Positions 1 through 8,112 of a stretch of DNA of 35,376 nucleotides are shown piece by piece. The DNA comes from a virus (lineage: Duplodnaviria; Caudoviricetes). Where the stretch lies: positions 1 to 35,376 of the IMG/VR virus record IMGVR_UViG_3300033562_001787. One strand, given 5' to 3'. The position numbers and the translations under genes are program-made. The notes under the pieces were generated by a model that was not told the DNA's origin, made no database searches, and was given only the letters and a program-made list of their open reading frames with translations. Positions within the stretch are counted from its first letter, which is position 1; each line of letters starts with the position of its first letter.

Positions 1-153
1 GAATTATATGATTTACCAAAAATTGTTGCAACAGAAAGAATTCATAAAATGCTTACTGCCTTTGGCTTAGAAACAAATATGAACAATCGAATGGATACAT
101 TCAGCAAAGGGATGAAGCAAAAAGTATTAATTACTTCTGACATAAATATTTAA
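1..153 (+). pseudogene. Fragment of a cellular ABC transporter ATP-binding protein, truncated after the signature motif
   Basis: Frame 1 reads ELYDLPKIVATERIHKMLTAFGLETNMNNRMDTFSKGMKQKVLITS-DINI*. FSKGMKQKVLI is an ABC signature variant (LSGGQ-type). The expected Walker B (hhhhDEP) is absent and TAA occurs at 151-153. Confidence 0.8.
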
Positions 154-155
154 GA

Positions 156-221
156 TAAAAAGTTACCGATTAATCGTGTCCAAAATATAAAAAATAAGAC
201 ATTTAGATTAACCGATAACTT
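156..221 (-). terminator. Stem-loop/intrinsic terminator downstream of ORF 239..856
   Basis: Arms 160-175 and 206-221 pair fully on the minus strand, where both mismatches become G-U. An inner TGTC/GACA pairing and a short U-run follow. Confidence 0.55.
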
Positions 222-238
222 ATATTGTTTATAAAAAA

Positions 239-856
239 TTATTCTATTATTAAAACTTCGCTTGGTTCAGCTAGTTTATCGTATTCTAACCATAAATAAT
301 TTATATCACTTTTTTTAATAATATTAAATATATCATCAGATATATATTCAGCAGAATTTGTTAAGTCTAACGACCATCTAGCAATTGGATTAAATCTATC
401 GACATAGAATAATCGTTCAACTATTGGTAGATCGTTACGATATAAAGCGATTTTACATTCCACACCTCTAATAGTCATAGGTTCAATTCCTCTTGGGGTG
501 TTTACATTTACTTTAAATGTAACTGATTGTGGGTTATATTCTAATTCCTCTCTCATGTTAGAAGGGAAACTATCAATATCCTTAATATACTCAGCTAATA
601 AATTATAATATTTACCTTTTATAAATTTACCATCTGAATTATTTTTATCAGTATCAACACTTAATTTAGTATTATAACTATTTTTAGATAATACTTTTTG
701 AAGTTGGTTAATTGATGAAGGTAGAATTTTCCTGATATCAATGTAACTTCTTGTGTGTAAACTAAATTGATTACCGTCAATCAATCTTTCAAAAAGAACT
801 ACATCACCTTGGGTTAAAGCAAATTTAAATTTGTTAGTTATTTCGAACTCAGTCAT
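239..856 (-). CDS. Hypothetical phage protein (205 aa)
   Basis: Long ORF in operon orientation with an A-rich leader. No motif recognised. Confidence 0.75.
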   Translation of the reverse strand: MTEFEITNKFKFALTQGDVVLFERLIDGNQFSLHTRSYIDIRKILPSSINQLQKVLSKNSYNTKLSVDTDKNNSDGKFIKGKYYNLLAEYIKDIDSFPSNMREELEYNPQSVTFKVNVNTPRGIEPMTIRGVECKIALYRNDLPIVERLFYVDRFNPIARWSLDLTNSAEYISDDIFNIIKKSDINYLWLEYDKLAEPSEVLIIE

Positions 857-887
857 AGTTATTTTAATTTTAATTAATTTATTGTAA

Positions 888-895
888 CAAAAATA
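888..895 (-). promoter_or_regulatory. Bacteroidota-type -7 box (TATTTTTG)
   Basis: Matches TAnnTTTG, intergenic, 31 nt upstream of the ATG at 856. No clear -33 TTTG. Confidence 0.4.
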
Positions 896-922
896 CTCAA
901 TTAATTCAATAATACTATAGTT

Positions 923-1972
923 TTAAAGATTATTTTTCATTTTTTTCTTATACTCATTAAGAAGTTGTTTTTCGCTCATAATAACAGTATAAAAAGGTTG
1001 TACGTAACTAACAAAATCACTTTTATAGATAGTTAAAAAACTATCTTCTGCCATTAATTTATATAAGTTTTTACTACCTCTGTCATTTGGCGATAATGGC
1101 ATTTCCAATTGTTCTAATTCTTCAAACGCTTGTTCATTTAAAAAAGGTTCTTTTAAATTTACTAAAACGTAATTAGTTTTAAGTCTTTGAATACTATTCA
1201 ATAAATTTTCAAAGCATTTTAAAGGTTTTTTCTTTTCCGAAATTCTTTTTTTATTTAAATCATCAGCTTGTTTACATATTTCTCTAACCGAGAAATTTTT
1301 AAATTTAAGTTCAGGAAAATATTTTAATAATGTTCCTTCTTGAATTCCTTCAATTCCTTTAATATTATCAGAAGTGTCACCACATATGACTTTCATTAAT
1401 AAAGCATTACTATGATGATAATTAAAATATCTAAAAAAATTACTTTTATTTATAGGATATTCTATATTAGAAAATATAATAGTAATACCCAAATCTAATA
1501 ATTGTAAAAAATCTCTATCATTGGTAAATATTATAATTTCTTCATCGTTGTAATGTGATAAACAATATTGTGCTATTAAATCATCTGCTTCAATTTCATC
1601 AATTTCTATTTGTCTAATAAAAAGTTCCTCTGCATATGCTTGAATTCTTTTTCTTTGAAATAAAATTGATTGTTCTTTTTCAAGTTCTTTTTTTATTTGA
1701 TAATCGGTTAATTCAATTTTATTAGACCATTCCTTATTCTTTCTATTAGCTTTATATAATGGATCAATTAAATGCCTTAATTTACCACCCATTTCACCAT
1801 CGAACATTAATATTACCTTCGTAGACTGATTATCTCTAATCAGTTTACGAAGGGTAGTATAAAAGCTATATAGTGCACCTATATGAATATCATTATTAAA
1901 GCTATCTTTATTAGCATGAAATGATCTTTTAATCAAATAGTTAGCATCTATTAATAGAGTTCTATTTTTCAT
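923..1972 (-). CDS. 5'-3' exonuclease / T4 RNase H-like flap endonuclease (FEN/PIN fold)
   Basis: Motifs LLIDAN, FDG, YKANR, EADDLIA, TNDRDFLQL and the H3TH region GDTSDNIKGIEGI. Confidence 0.92.
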   Translation of the reverse strand: MKNRTLLIDANYLIKRSFHANKDSFNNDIHIGALYSFYTTLRKLIRDNQSTKVILMFDGEMGGKLRHLIDPLYKANRKNKEWSNKIELTDYQIKKELEKEQSILFQRKRIQAYAEELFIRQIEIDEIEADDLIAQYCLSHYNDEEIIIFTNDRDFLQLLDLGITIIFSNIEYPINKSNFFRYFNYHHSNALLMKVICGDTSDNIKGIEGIQEGTLLKYFPELKFKNFSVREICKQADDLNKKRISEKKKPLKCFENLLNSIQRLKTNYVLVNLKEPFLNEQAFEELEQLEMPLSPNDRGSKNLYKLMAEDSFLTIYKSDFVSYVQPFYTVIMSEKQLLNEYKKKMKNNL

Positions 1973-3105
1973 TAATTATCAGTTTCACTAAATTTACTAA
2001 AATCAATTTTTTCATCTTCTTTGATCTCAATTTCTTTAATACCTATATCATTAATGCTAATATCGCCACCTAAAACATCTCTAAAAAATTTAAGATTATC
2101 CTTTTTGTATTGATCAACAGCTTCTTTTGATGCGCCAATAAATCCATGAGGTGTTGAAATAATATCTGCATCATTGAAAGCTATACCACCAAGATCAGAA
2201 TCAAGATGATTTTTTACTACACCAGCAGTTACTTTAATACCAAAAGTTAATTCTCTACCTTTTGAAGTAGCAACCACTCTTGATGTACCATGTGATTTAA
2301 TACCACCAAAATGTATAATTAATCTGGCAGCAGAAAATAATGCTTCACCACCTGAATGACGTAATACACCAGCACCACCTACCATTGAATCAAACCAAAC
2401 TTTTTGTACACAAACCATTGTATTAGTATATGGTTTATTAATTTTTTTAGAATTAGGTATTCTATAATTAGTTAATGATTTAAATGACGATGCCATTGCA
2501 CCAGCATTCCACATATTATTATTATTTGTATCTTTCTCAACAGCATCAATAGATTTAATACAATCTAATGTACCGATAGAATCAATAGCAAATAATAAAT
2601 CATAAGGTAATTGTCCATCTTCTTGAAGATCAATAAAATAATGCATACAATTAGCTAAATCCTCAATTGCTGCTTGTTTTCTATTTTTATTTTGTGATTT
2701 ACCAAATTTTTCTAATATAAATTCGTTATCAACCATGATATAAAAATCACTTTCGAAATCAAATCCCATTAATTTTAATCGTTTCTGACCAAGATTATTT
2801 TCAGTGTCTATAATGATTGGTAATATACCCATATTTTGTGCAGCAACAACTGATTCACAAAGCATTGTTGATTTTCCAGTATTAGAAAAACCTCTACAAA
2901 GATTTACATATCCTTTTGCGATTCCAGGTATTCCAATAACTTCACCAATAGCATCTGAACATTTTATCCATTGAAATTCTTTGAATGGAACATCTTCACC
3001 ACCAACCTTCTTTTTAAAGTCAGTTATAGAAAAAGATTTTTTTTCTGTTGGTTTTCTAACAGGCACTGCACTATTAGAAGGAACTTCATTATTAATTTTT
3101 GCCAT
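1972..3105 (-). CDS. uvsX: RecA/UvsX-like recombinase
   Basis: Walker A GFSNTGKST, IDTEN, Walker B AIDSIG, SGGEAL and VVKNH. Flanked by SSB and 5'-3' exonuclease genes. Confidence 0.88.
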   Translation of the reverse strand: MAKINNEVPSNSAVPVRKPTEKKSFSITDFKKKVGGEDVPFKEFQWIKCSDAIGEVIGIPGIAKGYVNLCRGFSNTGKSTMLCESVVAAQNMGILPIIIDTENNLGQKRLKLMGFDFESDFYIMVDNEFILEKFGKSQNKNRKQAAIEDLANCMHYFIDLQEDGQLPYDLLFAIDSIGTLDCIKSIDAVEKDTNNNNMWNAGAMASSFKSLTNYRIPNSKKINKPYTNTMVCVQKVWFDSMVGGAGVLRHSGGEALFSAARLIIHFGGIKSHGTSRVVATSKGRELTFGIKVTAGVVKNHLDSDLGGIAFNDADIISTPHGFIGASKEAVDQYKKDNLKFFRDVLGGDISINDIGIKEIEIKEDEKIDFSKFSETDN

Positions 3106-3125
3106 ATTGTTTTTGAGTTAAAATA

Positions 3126-3159
3126 AGGGTATTCAATAAGAAAACTTACTAAATACCCT
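3126..3159 (-). terminator. Stem-loop between the SSB and UvsX genes
   Basis: Minus strand AGGGTATTTAGTAAG-TTTT-CTTATTGAATACCCT forms a 15-bp stem with two G-U pairs, followed by TATTTT. Confidence 0.6.
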
Positions 3160-3191
3160 CATTAAATTGTTAATAATTTTTAAATCGTGAA

Positions 3192-4367
3192 TTAAAATGG
3201 TAGATCACCATAATCATTACCAACTACACCTGTTTGTGGTGCTGTTGCTTCAGGTGCAATAAATGCTGCTGATGCATCTAAAACATTATCAGGAACTGGA
3301 TTACTTACAACAATTGGAGCTGCTTTATAATCTTCTTCTTCATTATATTCTTCATCTTCATCTTGATCAAATGTTCTAGTTCTTGTGTTTGCAAGTTCTT
3401 GCAGATCAGGACGATTTGGGAATACCCAATGTTTATTATTTTCATCGCTCTTATCGAAATAAGGATTTACACCTTCAGCAATCATATGAAGCATTTCCAA
3501 GTTTGTAATGTTTGGTGCTTTCTTTGGTGGAAACACTGTTCTCCATGTAATATCATCATTAAGCCACTGCTCAACAACCAAAGGATCGTTATGTAATTTA
3601 GATTTTCCTTTATGTAATATAGCAGAAATGATTTTATAAGGTGTACCATTTGGCATTTGAGCATCACCCATAGTTATACTTAAATCAGTACCATTTTCTG
3701 GTGAAGCAAAATCGCATTTATTGGTTTCCATAAAATCTTCAAGAACTGGATAGATTTTATCTAAAGTTCCTTGATTTTTAAAATTGTGTTTAAATCTCCA
3801 AAATTTAACACCATCTTTTTCAGCACCTTTATCTACACCTTTAATAATGTAGAATTTTTTAGCTTCCCATTGAATAGCATCTTTGTAGATAGCATCGTTT
3901 TTAGCTTTAATCTCTTTCTGAGAATCACTCATGTTATCTTTTTTGATATACTTAATTGAATCATCTTGTTGTGAGATTTTCTTTTTGTATTTATTACATA
4001 AAGGACATGGTGCTGGGATCATTTTCGGTTTACCATCTAATCCTAATACAGGTTGTCCAGTAATAGGGTCAACTTTTACAACAGGTGGATCATTATGTGC
4101 TGGGCAGTAAACAATACTACCTTTTTTAATTTTACCACCAGAATCTATCATATCTACAACATGAAAATGAGCTTCTTCAAACCATTTTTCAGCATAAGGT
4201 AAAATTCTGAAAATCTCTTTTGTTGTTGTTGATTTAGGCATGAAATACTTAGCACGTATTTCTTCTAATGTTTTTCTTTGTGGTTTCGCTCCTTGTTTTT
4301 GATAATCTTGGAACTGTTTTTTGAAGTTAGCTAGTGGATTACCACTTGCATTTAAAATTTCATCCAT
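3192..4367 (-). CDS. T4 gp32-like single-stranded DNA-binding protein
   Basis: FRILP, HFH, a C..H...CPLC Zn-type cluster, GVKFWRF, GTDL, an acidic tail ending in DLPF, and position next to uvsX. Confidence 0.8.
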   Translation of the reverse strand: MDEILNASGNPLANFKKQFQDYQKQGAKPQRKTLEEIRAKYFMPKSTTTKEIFRILPYAEKWFEEAHFHVVDMIDSGGKIKKGSIVYCPAHNDPPVVKVDPITGQPVLGLDGKPKMIPAPCPLCNKYKKKISQQDDSIKYIKKDNMSDSQKEIKAKNDAIYKDAIQWEAKKFYIIKGVDKGAEKDGVKFWRFKHNFKNQGTLDKIYPVLEDFMETNKCDFASPENGTDLSITMGDAQMPNGTPYKIISAILHKGKSKLHNDPLVVEQWLNDDITWRTVFPPKKAPNITNLEMLHMIAEGVNPYFDKSDENNKHWVFPNRPDLQELANTRTRTFDQDEDEEYNEEEDYKAAPIVVSNPVPDNVLDASAAFIAPEATAPQTGVVGNDYGDLPF

Positions 4368-4417
4368 TTCAATAATTTTTTAATTAATTTTAATTTTTCA
4401 GTAAATAATTTACAATA

Positions 4418-4425
4418 CAAACGTA
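4418..4425 (-). promoter_or_regulatory. Bacteroidota-type -7 box (TACGTTTG)
   Basis: TAnnTTTG match, intergenic, 50 nt upstream of the SSB start. Confidence 0.45.
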
Positions 4426-4440
4426 CAACATTTATTTCAT

Positions 4441-4449
4441 ATAAATACT
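4441..4449 (-). promoter_or_regulatory. AGTATTTAT motif (putative late promoter)
   Basis: Same 9-mer as six other intergenic minus-strand sites. About 73 nt upstream of the SSB start, further than the other copies. Confidence 0.45.
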
Positions 4450-4476
4450 ACGTTTTTCAAAAAAAAATGAATTTAT

Positions 4477-4526
4477 AAAAAAAATAAATAATTAAAGTAA
4501 ATTAATTTTTACCTTAATTATTTATT
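4477..4526 (-). terminator. AT-rich intrinsic terminator
   Basis: 19-nt arms at 4483-4501 and 4508-4526. The single mismatch is G-U on the minus strand and a U-run follows. Confidence 0.55.
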
Positions 4527-4543
4527 ATATCTAAACCAGTATT

Positions 4544-4681
4544 TTAAAATTCGATTTTATTAACATATATACTAGCTATCCAATCATTTATTTCACACAT
4601 AAGTTCAGGGCCATCAATAAAACTCTTTATATGTGTAAATCCATTATATTTATAACTTATTGTAATTTGTCTTGCTAACAT
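4544..4681 (-). CDS. Small hypothetical protein (45 aa), not in the ORF track
   Basis: MLARQITISYKYNGFTHIKSFIDGPELMCEINDWIASIYVNKIEF*. A-rich leader, co-directional, and ends just before a terminator. Confidence 0.5.
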   Translation of the reverse strand: MLARQITISYKYNGFTHIKSFIDGPELMCEINDWIASIYVNKIEF

Positions 4682-4719
4682 AACTATCAGTTTTAATTTT
4701 TATATTTTTTAAATTAATA

Positions 4720-5172
4720 TCACGCAATTGTCACTGTAACTAACCATTCACTAGTAGTTACACCATTTTCTGCAACTACTGTATAAGTTACTGGTGATGA
4801 AAAATTATTTTCAGTAACACCACTCTCTTGGTTAACCGAGCCTACTTTTATAGAAGTAAGATCACTAAATGTAGTTAATGTAGCAACTAAATTAGTAACA
4901 TTTGTTCCAGAAGGAACAGTCACATCAATAGTTTTAAGTTCATCGTCAATAATATAATTTAAATCGCTGTCAAGCTCTAAAAAAATTATAAAAAGATCAG
5001 TTCTATTCGATTTTAATTTTAATGATGATAAAACACCTTTATTAAAAGTTAGTGTACTAGCACCACTTAGAACAAGTGTACCTGTAAAACTAATAATAGG
5101 TTGTTCGTAAATTCCTGTTCTAAGAAATTTTCTTAATTGTGATGTATTTAATAATGTTAAGTCTTGGCTCAT
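4720..5172 (-). CDS. Ig-like (DUF5018-type) domain protein, putative virion decoration protein
   Basis: IDVTVPSGTNVTNLVAT...VGSVNQESGVTENNFSSPVTYTVVAENG...WLVTVT resembles the Ig-like repeat of Bacteroidota surface proteins. Preceded by AGTATTTAT. Confidence 0.7.
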   Translation of the reverse strand: MSQDLTLLNTSQLRKFLRTGIYEQPIISFTGTLVLSGASTLTFNKGVLSSLKLKSNRTDLFIIFLELDSDLNYIIDDELKTIDVTVPSGTNVTNLVATLTTFSDLTSIKVGSVNQESGVTENNFSSPVTYTVVAENGVTTSEWLVTVTIA

Positions 5173-5190
5173 AAGTTATTTTGTTTTTAA

Positions 5191-5199
5191 ATAAATACT
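5191..5199 (-). promoter_or_regulatory. AGTATTTAT motif (putative late promoter)
   Basis: 18 nt upstream of the ATG at 5172. Confidence 0.65.
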
Positions 5200-5240
5200 A
5201 TATTTTTCAAAAAGTTCTTGTTTTATAAAAAATAAATTTA

Positions 5241-5289
5241 TGTAACCTAATTAGGTTATAACAACCATTTATAACCTAATTAGGTTACA
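5241..5289. repeat. Nested palindrome: two copies of TAACCTAATTAGGTTA within a perfect inverted repeat
   Basis: TGTAACCTAATTAGGTTATA-ACAACCATT-TATAACCTAATTAGGTTACA, with 16-bp palindromes at 5243-5258 and 5272-5287. Confidence 0.95.
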
Positions 5290-5797
5290 AATTATTATCA
5301 GTTTCTTCTACGTCTCGTTGAAGTACTACTTTCATTTTTGGTGATAATTCATTATAAATTTCTATTCCAAATCTTTCTTCTATATTATTAATACCTCTCA
5401 TATCATATAGTTTACCACCACATATAAATGCTAAAACCGATTCAAACTTAACAAATCTATAGCTTCCTTTAGATGCTTGTTTTTCATCATTACCTGATTT
5501 TAATAATTGTATATATGTATTTGTATCATATACATTCATCATGTTATTATTAATTGATTTATTAGCTTGTTTCTCGGTCTTTTCAGCATCGCTATGTTCA
5601 TAAGCTTTTAAAAATCTTCTAAATGCCATATGACGAACTGATCCATCTTTTTTTACAAATGATACGCCAACTGTTATATTTTTATCTATATATTTTTTTA
5701 CCTCTGCTGGTAATTTATCGTAAGTAAGAAAATTATTAGGATTTGATCAATCAAATCCTTCGTTAATAATTTCTCTAATAATTTGTCTTAATTTCAT
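5285..5797 (-). pseudogene. WYL_2/Sm-like SH3 beta-barrel protein interrupted by an in-frame TGA at codon 17 (pseudogene, readthrough or sequencing error)
   Basis: The ATG at 5797 is in frame with track ORF 5285..5629: MKLRQIIREIINEGFD*SNPNNF...VSFVKKDGSVRHMAFRR...VYD...SYRFVKFESV. TGA at 5749-5747. The F.KKDG..R motif lies upstream of the track ATG. Confidence 0.7.
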
Positions 5798-5808
5798 AAT
5801 ATTATATT

Positions 5809-5960
5809 TTATTGTTCTATTATTTCTATGACTGATATTTGTGCATATTTTAGAGAAGTTAAACTTACCGTAGATATATTAATTACACCACCAGTAGATG
5901 TTACATTATTCCAAACCAATGGTGTTTGATTTGCAGTAATAGACTTGTTATAGCTTTCAT
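5809..5960 (-). pseudogene. Broken gene remnant (start and C-terminal coding segment in different frames)
   Basis: The ATG at 5960 (TAA-T-ATG junction, as at 8942/8944 and 9393/9395) gives only 19 aa. Another frame is open from 5961 to 5809: YESYNKSITANQTPLVWNNVTSTGGVINISTVSLTSLKYAQISVIEIIEQ*. Confidence 0.5.
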
Positions 5961-5961
5961 A

Positions 5962-7746
5962 TTAATTTATTTTTATTTGATATTCTACAGCATAACCACT
6001 GTAAAACATATCGTTACTTTGATATATTTTATTATTAGAACCATTTAATACGTCTGTACCTACTTCACTAAAAGTATTAGTAATATTATTACTTAAACTA
6101 TCTAAAATAGTAATAGTTTTAGATATAGGAATACTTATATACATATAATTAAACGAATTAACAATTGGTGTTGTAATAGTTGTTAATGTATTATTATATA
6201 ATTGTATAACTGTAAATTGATTTTCTATAGGTGTTTGATCTAATACAGTATATCCACATGTAAATGTTGTTAAAACTGTTGTCGTAGGCACATACTCAGT
6301 AGTTGTCGGAACGTAAACAGTGGTTGTTGGTACGTAAGCTGTAGTAGTAGGAACGTAAACAGTTGTAATTATTCTATCATTAGAAGCATTAATACCTTTG
6401 CTAACTATAGTGAATGATAATAATTCTTTATTTTCGTAATAATCACCATTTTTTAATCTAATTTGAAGTTTATAATCTTGTGGAACTAACCAAGAAGGAT
6501 CAATATTAAATTCATATCCATAATAAGTTCTACTTACTTTAGTAAATGGAACGTAATCAATTTCATATTTAGATGCTACTGTAGTAAAAATCCTATATTC
6601 TATATCTAATGGTATGAAATTGTTTTGGTTAGGATATAATTGTTTAACTAATACTTTAACTTTTTTAATATTATCAGTACTGATTTTTTCTCTTTCTTTA
6701 ATTCCTTGAAAACTAAAAAAATAATTATCAAAATTTATTTGATTATTAAAATTAAAATAATTTTCTTGGGATATTAAGTAGAACATATTACTAATGTCCT
6801 TAGTTTTACCATTAATTGTGATATTCCAAACATCCCTAAATATTACAGCATCTGGATAAATATCAGAATCTACAGTTAAAGTTATTTTATAAACTCCTTT
6901 ACTCACATTTACAACTGATGCACCACTAATTAAACTATAAATATTATCTTCATAATCATAGATAGTTACATTATTAACAGTAACATTATCAGGCGAATAT
7001 AAATATAAACTATTTTCTTTATCTAAGAAAAAAAAGTTTCGATCATCTGTTATAGTATCATCAATAACTGTTTCAACATATGGTTCATAAACAGTATTAG
7101 TATATTTACTATGGAAACCGACTGCTTCTCTTAGCGGTGTAGTTATATTTTCATAATAATCACTAAATTTAATACCTAAACCTTTACTTGAAGTATCACC
7201 AGCTAATTTATTATTAACTAGATCAGTAACATTCATTTTAATATTTTCTGATCCACTTCTGAAGTACTGAGAATCAATAATTGTATTAGTTCCAGCAGAG
7301 TATGCGCCAGCACTATCCCAAGGTATACCTAATTGTCTATTTATCCAATTAGATTCTTGCTCTGTTGACTTATTTAAATAATTTACACCATAAATAAAAT
7401 CATATGAAGTACCCTCACTCCAATCTTGATTAACATTAAATAAATCTAAAGTGAAGTCAGACGCTCTATTAATGGTTGTAGCATATGATTTTTTACCAAC
7501 ATATTCTTCAGCAAAACGTATAGTATTAGTCATATTTAATGTATGACTAACAATATTATCACTATTGATAATACCATCATTAATTCTATTATTTAATAAT
7601 GATAGATCAATATCAAATAAAAATCTACTAAGTTCTTTATCTGGTGTACCATAAGAAATTTCGCAAACAGGGTTTTTACCATTATTTGTTTCATTACCAC
7701 TTATTAAGGTATTGTTTTTAGAAAAATATGATCTATATATAGTCAC
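5962..7746 (-). CDS. Putative virion structural protein with beta-rich domains and a Thr/Pro-rich mucin-like linker
   Basis: 594 aa. The N-terminal W.EG..YD...SNW..R...W...G pattern is reminiscent of DNRLRE-type domains. Contains (xYVPTTT)4 repeats and lies in the putative late operon. Confidence 0.6.
   Translation of the reverse strand: MTIYRSYFSKNNTLISGNETNNGKNPVCEISYGTPDKELSRFLFDIDLSLLNNRINDGIINSDNIVSHTLNMTNTIRFAEEYVGKKSYATTINRASDFTLDLFNVNQDWSEGTSYDFIYGVNYLNKSTEQESNWINRQLGIPWDSAGAYSAGTNTIIDSQYFRSGSENIKMNVTDLVNNKLAGDTSSKGLGIKFSDYYENITTPLREAVGFHSKYTNTVYEPYVETVIDDTITDDRNFFFLDKENSLYLYSPDNVTVNNVTIYDYEDNIYSLISGASVVNVSKGVYKITLTVDSDIYPDAVIFRDVWNITINGKTKDISNMFYLISQENYFNFNNQINFDNYFFSFQGIKEREKISTDNIKKVKVLVKQLYPNQNNFIPLDIEYRIFTTVASKYEIDYVPFTKVSRTYYGYEFNIDPSWLVPQDYKLQIRLKNGDYYENKELLSFTIVSKGINASNDRIITTVYVPTTTAYVPTTTVYVPTTTEYVPTTTVLTTFTCGYTVLDQTPIENQFTVIQLYNNTLTTITTPIVNSFNYMYISIPISKTITILDSLSNNITNTFSEVGTDVLNGSNNKIYQSNDMFYSGYAVEYQIKIN
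6265..6366 (-). repeat. 21-bp coding tandem repeat encoding 4x (V/A/V/E)YVPTTT
   Basis: TTVYVPTTTAYVPTTTVYVPTTTEYVPTTTVLTT. The DNA units differ mostly at synonymous positions. Confidence 0.9.
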
Positions 7747-7758
7747 TTTATTTATTTT

Positions 7759-8112
7759 TTATTCTTTACTATAATCTTCTGTATTAAATGGCTCAAATCC
7801 AAGTAACTTATTAGTTAATTCTTCGTCTTTAGGTTTAGTTGTTAAATCAATACCAAGATATTTTTTAGCTAATTCTAATGCTTTTGGTTCATCAACTAAA
7901 CCAGATTTAACTAATATTGAATAGTAATCAGGTTTTTCAGTTAAATGATCTACTGCAACTGACATGGCTCTATTCAATTCATGTCCATGTTCAATCTCAA
8001 CAGTAACACCAACAACTAGTTGGCTTCTATCAAGAGAATTGATATTGGTATTTTTACCTTTACCATCACCATTGATATATGTAAACGTGTTAATTAAATC
8101 AGCTAGTTTCAT
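7759..8112 (-). CDS. DUF5661-like protein
   Basis: G..VE.EH......A...A.DHL.E.PDYY..L pattern (GVTVEIEH...AVDHLTEKPDYYSIL), with conserved E/H residues that may bind metal. Confidence 0.65.
   Translation of the reverse strand: MKLADLINTFTYINGDGKGKNTNINSLDRSQLVVGVTVEIEHGHELNRAMSVAVDHLTEKPDYYSILVKSGLVDEPKALELAKKYLGIDLTTKPKDEELTNKLLGFEPFNTEDYSKE

Noticed and set aside
5241-6366. CRISPR array from the palindromic or 21-bp repeats
   Set aside because: Only two palindrome copies with a 13-nt gap. The 21-bp repeats are contiguous coding units without spacers, and no cas genes are present.
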